A stretch of DNA of 64,000 nt from Bacillota bacterium. Lineage in GTDB: Bacteria; Patescibacteriota; Patescibacteriia; Patescibacteriales; UBA12465. The translations under genes were made by a program, and so were the position numbers. The notes under the pieces were generated by a model that was not told where the DNA came from, made no database searches, and saw only the letters and a program-made list of their open reading frames with translations. The stretch is taken from contig JBLNBA010000004.1 in the NCBI GenBank assembly GCA_050259635.1, positions 139,005 through 203,004 on the forward strand, in the 5' to 3' direction. Shown here piece after piece: positions 1 to 7,802 of the stretch. Each line of letters starts with the position of its first letter. Within the stretch, counting starts at the first letter, position 1.

Positions 1-300
1 AACGCTACTTTAAGCACATGTGCGACTGGTGCGGGAGTAGATGGCATCTTCGGTACAGCCGATGATGAAGAGGTTTGCTCTTTAGCAACCTTATCCGTTT
101 CTAGAACAGCTGGAAAAAGCAAGTTTACCGATGTCAGTAAACAACTGCTTTACGTTTTCGCCGACTTAGACGGTGACGGAACAGCTGAGAGATACCCTCT
201 CTTCTCTGATGCCCTTCAGGATTACTTCTGGAGTTATGACAACCAGGGATTGAAGGTGGTACAGCTTCGCTTCTATGAAGTGAGCTCCTCAGTAAATTAA
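1..300 (+). CDS. 3' end of an ORF truncated by the window edge (C-terminal 99 aa, hypothetical, possibly surface protein)
   Basis: Frame 1 is open from base 1 to TAA at 298-300 (NATLSTCATGAGVDG...DGDGTAERYPLF...QLRFYEVSSSVN). A strong intrinsic terminator follows. It is absent from the ORF track because no start lies in the window. Confidence 0.45.
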   Translation, partial: NATLSTCATGAGVDGIFGTADDEEVCSLATLSVSRTAGKSKFTDVSKQLLYVFADLDGDGTAERYPLFSDALQDYFWSYDNQGLKVVQLRFYEVSSSVN

Positions 301-348
301 AGCCTCGCACGAAGCCTTCGGGTTTCGTGCCGGATAACCATCTGGTGC

Positions 349-378
349 GGCGGATCTACGAATGATCCGCCTTTTTTT
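349..378 (+). terminator. Rho-independent terminator
   Basis: 8-bp stem GGCGGATC/GATCCGCC with a 7-nt loop, followed by T7 (372-378). Confidence 0.75.
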
Positions 379-423
379 ATACAAAAAAAAGCGTTTAGAC
401 ACCCTCTTTTTAAATATGTCTTC

Positions 424-1386
424 TTATTTAAGAATATAATTAAACAGATAGCCGGTAAACATGATGCCGACCCCGACGATACCGGCAAATATCAGGAGGA
501 GTCTCATTTTCATCACCCGTTTTAAGATGGTAAATTCAGGTAAAGATAAGGCGGTGACTGCCATCATAAATGACAGGGCCGTTCCCATCGCTACTCCTTT
601 CTCGGTTAAGACGCCGACCAATGGGGCCACACCGGCTGCATTGGCATATAAAGGTATACCTATTAAAGTGACCAAAGGAACGGCATACCAATTATCGGCA
701 TTCGCATAGGTAGATAGCACTTCAACCGGTATATAACCATGGATCCAGGCACCGATGGCAACCCCGATAATCACATACAGCCAAACTTTGTTAAGGATTT
801 TAACAGAATAATCCTTCGCATAAATCAACCGCTCGGCAGCCGTCAAGCGGTATCCCTCCAAAGCCTTATCGCCCCTCTCGCCTGAGTCGAAATCAAGAAC
901 CAGATGCTCAAGTTTGAGACGGTCGATGATGATGCCGGAAATAATGGCAATGAGGAGGCCTGATACCACGTAAAGGGAGGCTATTTTCCAACCAAACATG
1001 CCGATCAATAAGGCTAAGGCCACCTCATTGATCATCGGTGAAGAAATAAGGAATGAAAATGTCGTCCCTAATGGGACGCCGGCCTGTACAAACCCTAAAA
1101 ACATCGGAACGGCAGAACATGAGCAGAAGGGGGTGATAATGCCTAGGGCCGAAGCGAAAATATACCCCAAAAACTTATTCTTCCTGGATAAAAAAGCCCG
1201 CATCTTAGCTGGCGACCAATATGTCCTAATAAATGAAATGATAAAGACAACCAATAATAGCAGGATAAGTATTTTCAAGGAATCAAAAATGAAAAAAACA
1301 ATTGCGTCGCTAAGATGCGTTCCCTTCACCAGTCCGAAAACTGCATAAGCAAGCCATTCGGCCAGAATCTGTATTGGTTTAAACAT
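424..1386 (-). CDS. Predicted permease (UPF0718/ArsP-type multi-pass membrane protein)
   Basis: 320-aa polytopic ORF with the ITPFCSCSAVP cysteine motif typical of this permease family; ATG start at 1386. Confidence 0.7.
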   Translation of the reverse strand: MFKPIQILAEWLAYAVFGLVKGTHLSDAIVFFIFDSLKILILLLLVVFIISFIRTYWSPAKMRAFLSRKNKFLGYIFASALGIITPFCSCSAVPMFLGFVQAGVPLGTTFSFLISSPMINEVALALLIGMFGWKIASLYVVSGLLIAIISGIIIDRLKLEHLVLDFDSGERGDKALEGYRLTAAERLIYAKDYSVKILNKVWLYVIIGVAIGAWIHGYIPVEVLSTYANADNWYAVPLVTLIGIPLYANAAGVAPLVGVLTEKGVAMGTALSFMMAVTALSLPEFTILKRVMKMRLLLIFAGIVGVGIMFTGYLFNYILK

Positions 1387-1473
1387 AATATAATAGAGTA
1401 TATTTTCCTAACGATTTAATATTATCTTATTCGTCCAAATTGTTAAAGGTGCCCTGACCAGTTATCTTTGATA

Positions 1474-1505
1474 TAAAAAAACGAGCGAATATTCATCCGC
1501 TCGTA
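1474..1505 (-). terminator. Rho-independent terminator of the PAP2-like gene
   Basis: Stem ACGAGCG/CGCTCGT (1481-1487 / 1498-1504); the plus-strand A-run at 1475-1480 is a T-run on the minus strand. Confidence 0.65.
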
Positions 1506-1539
1506 TTGCAATCCCCTTGCAAAGACAATCTAATCAAAT

Positions 1540-2145
1540 TTATTTTACTGTTTGCTCAGCTGCCCGAGATAACGTAGAACTATGTAATCTATTTTTAATT
1601 AGAGAAAAATAGATCGTGGTCACCAATATCCCGCCCAAGGCATCGATTACATAATGTTGTTTAACAAATATCACGGATATCATGATAACTGTTCCCCAAA
1701 TTATGAAGAGGTATCTCATCTTATGAGAAATACCAAGCAACGGTGCGGATAATATGGTGAGGAAGATTAAGGAAACATGTAAACTCGGGAAGCAATTTTG
1801 TGGATTATCACAACTAAGTAGAAAGCTGTTTATTTTGCTAAGCGAATCAACGTTGTATTCCCTCGGAAATTCGACTGGATAAATTAGGAATATTAAGGCG
1901 TGAATAACCACTAAAATCGTTGCGAATTGGATAAATTCCTTTGCTCTACGTCTAATAAATAGACAGAAAACGGCAATGTAGAGCGCCCAAGAAACATATG
2001 GGATCATCCAATACTCATTCATTGCGATATTTCTTTCAAATTGGAATATCGGCAATTCATGAGCGGCAAGCAACTTTATGTTATTAGTCCCAAAATATAT
2101 AATTCCCCATAAAAGTCCGCATAGGACAATATGCTTGATTTTCAT
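1540..2145 (-). CDS. PAP2-superfamily membrane phosphatase-like protein
   Basis: 201-aa multi-TM ORF with PSLHVS and QHYVIDALGG motifs resembling PAP2 C2/C3 motifs. Confidence 0.55.
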   Translation of the reverse strand: MKIKHIVLCGLLWGIIYFGTNNIKLLAAHELPIFQFERNIAMNEYWMIPYVSWALYIAVFCLFIRRRAKEFIQFATILVVIHALIFLIYPVEFPREYNVDSLSKINSFLLSCDNPQNCFPSLHVSLIFLTILSAPLLGISHKMRYLFIIWGTVIMISVIFVKQHYVIDALGGILVTTIYFSLIKNRLHSSTLSRAAEQTVK

Positions 2146-2173
2146 CGTCTGATTGTTTTAAAGATCTGTGAAT

Positions 2174-2202
2174 ATCATAGCATAATATATGGTATTTGTC
2201 AA
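2174..2202 (-). promoter_or_regulatory. Sigma70-type promoter of the PAP2-like gene
   Basis: Minus strand reads TTGACA-N17-TATGAT, about 30 nt upstream of the ATG at 2145. Confidence 0.6.
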
Positions 2203-2313
2203 TGACATTAATTCTTTTACCAATAAATAACCAAATATTAGATAAATATGAAAGAATAACTGTAGTGCTTCAACCTATGACATTAATTCTTTCTTTAAAG
2301 AAAACCACCGATT

Positions 2314-2952
2314 CTATTCCGGTGGTTTTACGAAGTTGTTAAACAATTTAGGTCCATTTAACCTCAAGAAATTATGCACATGCCTGCTTCCATAATCGAG
2401 CATTTTTAATTTCCCTGCATCAAGGCAAAAGTTCCCTATTTCAGCAAAACTATGGGGATCGCAGAACGGTTGATTTACGTTTTCAGAATTATGACAGATA
2501 TATTTCCAAATATCTTTATAGCTCCAAAAAGAAATTTCTTGGCCTCGCTTTTGGATGTTAAACAAACCCAATAGAGAAAAATAGGTCGGCATTGTAAAGG
2601 GATTCATAGTTTTACGATAGAAACGATATTCATTCCAGTTGGCCATAATACCACTAAATAAAAAATACCTTAAATTGAAGAAGATTTCATACTTTTTATA
2701 AGGCAATACTTCTAAAGAGATGCCCTGGGATTTTGTCGACATAAGCTCTTCCTCCAATTTTAAAGACCTTGCTCTCCGTTCTCGTATATTTAGGTAATGC
2801 CTTCTCAATCCATTTTGTCTTATAGACTTATAATAGAATTTTCTTCTCTTATTTAATTCGATGAGGCTTCTTGCTACTCCAATTACCGGGAATTTGAAAA
2901 CTACCTTATCTAGAAGAAGAACTGTCCGGGTGCTCCCTTTTTTTATCTCCAT
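2314..2952 (-). CDS. Hypothetical protein (weak kinase-like C-terminal motif)
   Basis: 212-aa ORF in the AT-rich island. KMLDYGS resembles a DFG-type motif, but the catalytic-loop spacing is non-canonical. Confidence 0.5.
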   Translation of the reverse strand: MEIKKGSTRTVLLLDKVVFKFPVIGVARSLIELNKRRKFYYKSIRQNGLRRHYLNIRERRARSLKLEEELMSTKSQGISLEVLPYKKYEIFFNLRYFLFSGIMANWNEYRFYRKTMNPFTMPTYFSLLGLFNIQKRGQEISFWSYKDIWKYICHNSENVNQPFCDPHSFAEIGNFCLDAGKLKMLDYGSRHVHNFLRLNGPKLFNNFVKPPE

Positions 2953-2991
2953 TGTTTATTGATTTGAGGTTATTTTTAATGAACTATCAAC

Positions 2992-3024
2992 AAAAAATAG
3001 CACTGTATGTGCTATTTTGTCAAT
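2992..3024. repeat. Copy 1 of a 33-nt palindromic intergenic element (promoter/operator or terminator)
   Basis: aaaaaatagcacTGTATgtgctattttgtcaat. Minus strand reads TTGACAAAATAGCAC-N5-GTGCTATTTTTT. A near-identical copy lies at 3698-3730. Confidence 0.6.
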
Positions 3025-3093
3025 GGGATCGGACTTGATTTTGCAGTCTCTCACGGAGTATCTGAATTAGCTCGGGGACCGAGAACTCATATT

Positions 3094-3651
3094 TTAGCTC
3101 TTCAACCATATAGCAAATGGATCGACCAGGTCAGCCATCAGTACCGTCACTGTTTGTGCAGGAGTCTCTGGCACCGATTTATCAGCTCTTAGAGTCGCAA
3201 AAGATTTATTAATTCTGAATCTTAGATGTTCCAATAGCGGCTTTCCCTCATTTTTGCCGCTCACGACATCATATGCATTTAAAGGAAAGTCTTCAACAAC
3301 ACGCAGATTCTTCGCGACAAACGAAAATTCGGCACCTTGAAGTTGAACTGGTTTCTTAAATTCATAATAGTCAGAACCGTTTGCGGAATATTTATTTATG
3401 AAACCGATTGAAGACTCATACGTGCTTTTTGTTTCAAGCAAAACTAGTATAGGTGCAATCTTTACATTCTGGATACAATTTTCACAAAATATTTTCGTAG
3501 GCTTAGGTTGACAAAATACACCAGAATACCCCCAATAATGGACTCCATGCAACAATTCTTCATCTTGTTTCGACTTAACTATCTCGTTCAGCGACATATT
3601 ACTATGTGGACCAACTTTCATTATAATTATGTTTTGTGGTAATTTTGACAT
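3094..3651 (-). CDS. Hypothetical protein
   Basis: 185-aa ORF; no family recognised; flanked on both sides by the palindromic element. Confidence 0.5.
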   Translation of the reverse strand: MSKLPQNIIIMKVGPHSNMSLNEIVKSKQDEELLHGVHYWGYSGVFCQPKPTKIFCENCIQNVKIAPILVLLETKSTYESSIGFINKYSANGSDYYEFKKPVQLQGAEFSFVAKNLRVVEDFPLNAYDVVSGKNEGKPLLEHLRFRINKSFATLRADKSVPETPAQTVTVLMADLVDPFAIWLKS

Positions 3652-3697
3652 AGCTATAAATTATGACATTTTATTTTAAGCATTTATATTTATATAA

Positions 3698-3730
3698 CAA
3701 AAATAGCACTTAATGTGCTATTTTGTAAAT
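3698..3730. repeat. Copy 2 of the 33-nt palindromic intergenic element
   Basis: caaaaatagcacTTAATgtgctattttgtaaat. Same ATAGCAC-N5-GTGCTAT palindrome and flanks as 2992-3024. Confidence 0.6.
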
Positions 3731-3813
3731 TTGTTCCGAAGGTTGAGATATGCTTGGAACTGAGCCAACTAAAATCAAGTAAAAAAATAGAGGCAAATTA
3801 ATGTCTCTAGTTA

Positions 3814-4137
3814 TTATTCAATGCTTTCAAGAAAAATTTGTTTATCAAATCCTCCCCTTTCTTGTTTCCTCTTATCTTTTAGAGTAAATATCTCTTCCTT
3901 ATTAAGATCAAAGGCATTAATGGCAGAATCGATAACTTCCAATAAATCTCCAAGTTCTTTAATCAAGTCTTTCTTATCTTCTCTAGCCCCTAAGACCTCA
4001 TTGGATTCTTCGACCAATTTTTTAAGCAATTCGTATTTATATTCATCATTGCTCAAAATTCTTGTTTTAGGGATTTTATTCTCTTTTCGTATTATTTCAG
4101 GAATATTGTCCCTTACTAATTTTTTGTAAATTTCCAT
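3814..4137 (-). CDS. MazG-like nucleoside triphosphate pyrophosphohydrolase (small stand-alone type)
   Basis: 107 aa: YKKLVRDNIPEII...LVEESNEV...ELGDLLEVIDSAI...ERGGFDKQIFL, the pattern of the PRA-PH/MazG-like all-alpha NTP-PPase family. Confidence 0.7.
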   Translation of the reverse strand: MEIYKKLVRDNIPEIIRKENKIPKTRILSNDEYKYELLKKLVEESNEVLGAREDKKDLIKELGDLLEVIDSAINAFDLNKEEIFTLKDKRKQERGGFDKQIFLESIE

Positions 4138-4188
4138 GATTTATATTTTTTGAGTTGTTATTTTTCATTTACTAACACGAATAATCAA

Positions 4189-4217
4189 ATACTAATCTTT
4201 TATATTTCTAATGTCAA
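4189..4217 (-). promoter_or_regulatory. Sigma70-type promoter of the MazG-like gene
   Basis: Minus strand reads TTGACA-N17-TAGTAT. Confidence 0.6.
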
Positions 4218-4339
4218 TGCTTTTATAACAATAATGAACTAATTTTAGTCTATTTTTGCGTTCGCGACATTATCTAACAAATATTACAAATTGAATAAAA
4301 TGACAAAAACAATGCAAATATTTTGGAACTTCTTACCTA

Positions 4340-4364
4340 ACAAAAATAAGCCTTTCGGCTTATT
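4340..4364 (-). terminator. Rho-independent terminator after the 179-aa gene
   Basis: Minus strand reads ATAAGCC-GAAA-GGCTTAT followed by TTTTTG. Confidence 0.65.
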
Positions 4365-4436
4365 CTTTAATTATGCTCTTTTGGTGGACTGCTTTGGAAC
4401 TCGAATGGCTAATTATGGAAAAAATGCAGATACTAA

Positions 4437-4976
4437 TTAAGCATCCAACTTTATGATTCCATTATGTTTTTCACTAACAATAAAACCAAAATATTTAGGC
4501 AATAATTTCAACTTCTCTACTGGATTTTTTTTAGAATATGAAAAGAAAATTTTTGAAGCAAAGCTCTTTTTTAACAAATCATCAGAAAATTGACACTTAT
4601 CTAAATCTCCTGAAAAAATTACTAGTGTTAAATCTTTAACGGCTTCAAATATTTTTTTACTATACCGGTCGATATTTTTAATTAACACTATTCTTTGCGA
4701 TAGATCAGGAATATTTTTAATTGTCTCAATAAAATCTACTTCTTTTTCGGAATCAATTATTAGAGCGTTGCCCAACTCATTACCAATCTGACTCTTAAAT
4801 TCCTCTTTAGCCGCTGGATGGGCGGAAAATAGAATTACTTTATGTCCATTTTTCAACAGATTGGCTAATAAACAAACTGTAAAAAAAGATGAACCAGTCT
4901 TCTCTGCCCCGGAAATTAGAATAGGTAAATCATTTAATGAAAAATCAACTTTTTCATCATTAATTAAAATATTCAT
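4437..4976 (-). CDS. Hypothetical protein with degenerate P-loop-like motif
   Basis: 179 aa. ISGAEKTGSSFF resembles a Walker A motif lacking the Lys; RIVLIKNID is Walker-B-like. Its start overlaps the GNAT stop by 4 nt (ATGA). Confidence 0.5.
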   Translation of the reverse strand: MNILINDEKVDFSLNDLPILISGAEKTGSSFFTVCLLANLLKNGHKVILFSAHPAAKEEFKSQIGNELGNALIIDSEKEVDFIETIKNIPDLSQRIVLIKNIDRYSKKIFEAVKDLTLVIFSGDLDKCQFSDDLLKKSFASKIFFSYSKKNPVEKLKLLPKYFGFIVSEKHNGIIKLDA

Positions 4977-5446
4977 AAAATTACTAATTTTTTATAAAAT
5001 ACCTTCATATTATTTGCCAGTTTATGTATCTGCTCGTAGCCCATTTTTTTATAAAAACAATAAGCCGTGTCTTTGTATTTCTCAGCACTTCTAATAAATA
5101 GTTCAGTGTAACCTTGGTTTCTCGCCTCCTGTTCTAAATAATTTACCATCTGCCTGCCGATGCCTTTACCGCGATGAATATTATTAATATAGAGTATTTT
5201 TATCTCTCCAGGGTTACTCGTTTTAGCCAGTGGTAAAATTATTGGTAATGGCTTAGCTAAGCCACCGATTCCAGTTACTAATTTCCGATCTTTAACAACA
5301 AAAAAATTCATTGAATGTTCAGTGTTTCCATTAATTTCTGATTCTATTCTGGATAAATATTTTTCAATCTCTTCTGGCTCAGTCCATTGCTCTAAAATAT
5401 AACGAATCATCTTTAAATCTTCATTTCTTGGTTTTTCTATTAGCAT
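4973..5446 (-). CDS. GNAT family N-acetyltransferase
   Basis: 157 aa; acetyl-CoA motif A RGKGIGRQMVNYLEQEARNQGY. Confidence 0.75.
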   Translation of the reverse strand: MLIEKPRNEDLKMIRYILEQWTEPEEIEKYLSRIESEINGNTEHSMNFFVVKDRKLVTGIGGLAKPLPIILPLAKTSNPGEIKILYINNIHRGKGIGRQMVNYLEQEARNQGYTELFIRSAEKYKDTAYCFYKKMGYEQIHKLANNMKVFYKKLVIL

Positions 5447-5481
5447 AATTATATTATAAGCTAAAATTTGTAATTTAAAAA

Positions 5482-5500
5482 CAGCGACGGGGATTCGAAC
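5482..5500 (-). other. Remnant of a tRNA 3' end (T-loop, 3' T-stem and 3' acceptor strand)
   Basis: Minus strand reads GTTCGAATCCCCGTCGCTG with no 5' partner. It differs from the 3' end of the intact tRNA-Gln 130 nt away. Confidence 0.4.
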
Positions 5501-5591
5501 TTTTTTAAGTCAATAAAATTATGTGTTTGCTAAAATCTAAAAAAATAGCCTTATTTTTGAACTACTTTGGAACCTTAAATAATGTTTAATG

Positions 5592-5624
5592 TTAAAACAA
5601 AAACAGGCCTTATAAGCCTGTTTC
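5592..5624 (-). terminator. Rho-independent terminator downstream of tRNA-Gln
   Basis: Stem ACAGGC/GCCTGT (5603-5608 / 5615-5620) followed on the minus strand by TTTTGTTTT. Confidence 0.6.
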
Positions 5625-5633
5625 CGTGTTTTG

Positions 5634-5704
5634 CTCGGGGACAGGGATTCGAACCCCGATAAACAGGACCAGAACCTGTTGTCCTACCGTTAGACGATCC
5701 CCGA
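5634..5704 (-). tRNA. tRNA-Gln (anticodon CUG)
   Basis: Hand-folded cloverleaf: acceptor TCGGGGA/TCCCCGA, anticodon stem ACAGG/CCTGT with loop TTCTGGT, T-arm CGGGG-TTCGAAT-CCCTG. 71 nt; CCA not encoded. Confidence 0.85.
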
Positions 5705-5743
5705 ATTTGGCTAGCTTAGGCTAGCCTTTTTGAATTCTTTTGT

Positions 5744-5771
5744 ATTATAACAATTAAGAGTTTTTTTTCAA
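5744..5771 (-). promoter_or_regulatory. Candidate promoter of tRNA-Gln, overlapping the lysS stop
   Basis: Minus strand reads TTGAAA-N16-TATAAT, about 40 nt upstream of the tRNA 5' end. Confidence 0.45.
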
Positions 5772-7271
5772 GTCGGTTTCCTTTTCTTCCAACATTACGT
5801 CTTTCTTGGGCTTCATAAGGGGGAAAAGCGTGGTTTCCCTAATAGGTTTATCCATCATGAAGGCAAATAGGCGTTCACCGAAACCGAATCCGCAGGTCGG
5901 AGGCATACCGTGCTCGAGCATTTCCACGAATTCCCAATCCGGCATCATTGCCTCCTTGTCTCCCCGATCTATGAGTTGCTGTTGGAGCTCAAAGCGCTGC
6001 CGTTGGTCTACCGGGTCGTTTAGCTCAGAGAAGCCGTTCCCTACTTCACTGCCGGCGATAATAACCTGGAAACGTTCAGTAAGTTCTGGATTGCCCGGTT
6101 TGGCTTTGGCTAAGGGTGACACTAACTTGGGGTGATTGATCAGAAATACCGGTCCGGCAATCGTCTTCCGGCAATATTTCCAGAGAGTATCAGTCAGGCG
6201 TTCTCTGTTATCTCCTTCATATTTGACACCTAGTTCATCCAATTTATTCTTCATGTCACCATCGCTGGCTGAGAGGACATCAATCCCGGTTTGTTTCAAA
6301 ACCTCTTCCCGATAGTCTATCCTCGGCCACTCGCCAGCCAGGTCGTAGCTCATTCCCTTGGTTGTAAAGCTAGTCTTGCCGAACACCCTCTGCGCTATTT
6401 CCTGATATAGCTCCTGGACCATCTTCATTCCCTTTTCGTAGTCCGAATAAGCCCAATAAAATTCCATGTTGGTAAACTCCTGTAAATGATCCGGGCTAGA
6501 TCCTTCATTGCGATAAACTCGGCCTATCTCAAATACCTTCTCAAAACCGGCGGCCATGAGACGCTTCTGCCACAGCTCCCCAACGGAGATGCGAAGATAT
6601 ACATCAAGGTCGAAATCATCATGATGGGTCTTAAAGGGATTAGCCTCGGCCCCGCCGGTAGTAGTTTCTATAGTCGGCGTCTCTACCTCGAAAAAACCCT
6701 TTCCTTTCAAAAATTCCCTGGTTACTTCCCAAAACATCGCCTTCTTCACAAACATCTCACGGATCTCAGGATTTAAAAGGATATCCAAATAACGGCGGCG
6801 ATAACGCTCATCCTCATCTTTTAACCCGTACCAGGCATCAGGAATCGGAGCGATCGCCTTAGTAAGGACTTTCCAACCAGAAACCATCAGGCTCTTCTCT
6901 CCTTTATGTGTCAAAAAAACAGCACCGGTGGCTTCGATAAAATCACCGCTATCGATCAATTTAATGAATTGCTTATAGCTCTCGTCACCAAGCTCTTTTT
7001 TGGAAAAAGCCAGCTGCAATCCGCCACTTGCGTCTTCCAGGTTAGCAAAGGTGAGATTACCATGGCTGCGAATTCCTCTTAATCTGCCAGCAACGGTAAC
7101 TTTAGCTTGGCTGGCAGCCAAGTCATCGAAAACAGCCTGCACTTCGGCAAGAGAATGATCGCGTCCGCAAGCAGCAGGGTAAGGGTTTATGCCACCCTCA
7201 ATCAGGGCGGCCAGCTTTTTCAAACGCTCCTCTTTTTCGCTTCCCGGCGCTTGCTGGTTCATTTCCGACAT
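5754..7271 (-). CDS. lysS: Lysine--tRNA ligase, class II
   Basis: 505 aa with an N-terminal OB anticodon-binding region and class II core (FFEVETPTIE..., RISVGELWQKRLMAAGFEKVFEIGRVYRNEG, GFGFGERL). Confidence 0.95.
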   Translation of the reverse strand: MSEMNQQAPGSEKEERLKKLAALIEGGINPYPAACGRDHSLAEVQAVFDDLAASQAKVTVAGRLRGIRSHGNLTFANLEDASGGLQLAFSKKELGDESYKQFIKLIDSGDFIEATGAVFLTHKGEKSLMVSGWKVLTKAIAPIPDAWYGLKDEDERYRRRYLDILLNPEIREMFVKKAMFWEVTREFLKGKGFFEVETPTIETTTGGAEANPFKTHHDDFDLDVYLRISVGELWQKRLMAAGFEKVFEIGRVYRNEGSSPDHLQEFTNMEFYWAYSDYEKGMKMVQELYQEIAQRVFGKTSFTTKGMSYDLAGEWPRIDYREEVLKQTGIDVLSASDGDMKNKLDELGVKYEGDNRERLTDTLWKYCRKTIAGPVFLINHPKLVSPLAKAKPGNPELTERFQVIIAGSEVGNGFSELNDPVDQRQRFELQQQLIDRGDKEAMMPDWEFVEMLEHGMPPTCGFGFGERLFAFMMDKPIRETTLFPLMKPKKDVMLEEKETDLKKNS

Positions 7272-7277
7272 ATGTTT

Positions 7278-7739
7278 TCAGTCAATCTTAACGATCTTAT
7301 ACTCGACAATTCCCCTGGGGGTTTCAACATTTACCGTCGTTCCTTTCTTTTTCCCTAAAAAGGCCACACCGAGTGGCGATTCGTTCGAAATCATGCCTGA
7401 CATCGGATCGGCCTCATTAAAACTGACAATCGTATATTTCCTTTCTTTGCCGTCCGCTTTCACGGTCACGGAAGAACCCATGGTTACCTCATCTTTCCCA
7501 TTGCTGCTCTTTTCTACGACCGTCACATTCTTGAGGATATTAGTTAGCTCAAGGATGCGGCCTTCGTTTAAGGCCTGCGCATCTTTGGCTTCGCTGTATT
7601 CGGCGTTCTCGCTAAGGTCGCCCAGCTCTTTAGCACGCTCGATCCTTTCTGCGATTTCCCGGCGTCGGGCGGTACTAAGAAGATTCAGCTCATCCTGGAG
7701 CTTGTCGTAACCTTCTTGGGTGATAATTTGTTCGGACAT
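7278..7739 (-). CDS. greA: Transcription elongation factor GreA
   Basis: 153 aa; ITQEGYDKLQDELNLL...RREIAERIERAKELGDLSENAEY coiled coil plus a C-terminal FKBP-like domain. Ends 6 nt upstream of lysS. Confidence 0.9.
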   Translation of the reverse strand: MSEQIITQEGYDKLQDELNLLSTARRREIAERIERAKELGDLSENAEYSEAKDAQALNEGRILELTNILKNVTVVEKSSNGKDEVTMGSSVTVKADGKERKYTIVSFNEADPMSGMISNESPLGVAFLGKKKGTTVNVETPRGIVEYKIVKID

Positions 7740-7802
7740 ATTTAAGATGTTTTTTTAAAGCGTCCGGAGGGAAAACCTGCTCGGACGCGGAGAATAGTTT
7801 GT

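Larger units (their letters stand above)
1390..5505. other. AT-rich accessory island (six minus-strand genes) abutting tRNA-Gln
   Basis: Clear drop in G+C by eye relative to the flanking permease and lysS genes. Contains non-housekeeping orphan genes with their own promoters and terminators, plus a tRNA 3'-end remnant at the right edge. Confidence 0.5.

Noticed and set aside
4300-4440. 46-aa plus-strand ORF (MTKTMQIFWNF...) in the 299-nt gap between the MazG-like and 179-aa genes
   Set aside because: It spans a minus-strand terminator hairpin and runs into the convergent stop. It has no promoter on the plus strand, and AT-rich DNA readily yields such ORFs.
7189-7710. 173-aa plus-strand ORF (and many similar 60-245-aa ORFs antisense to lysS, dnaE, prfA, hppA, the surface-protein genes and the O-antigen-ligase genes)
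   Set aside because: They lie fully inside, and antisense to, genes with strong family motifs. Their sequences are low-complexity Ser/Arg/Leu-rich shadow frames typical of the opposite strand of real genes.
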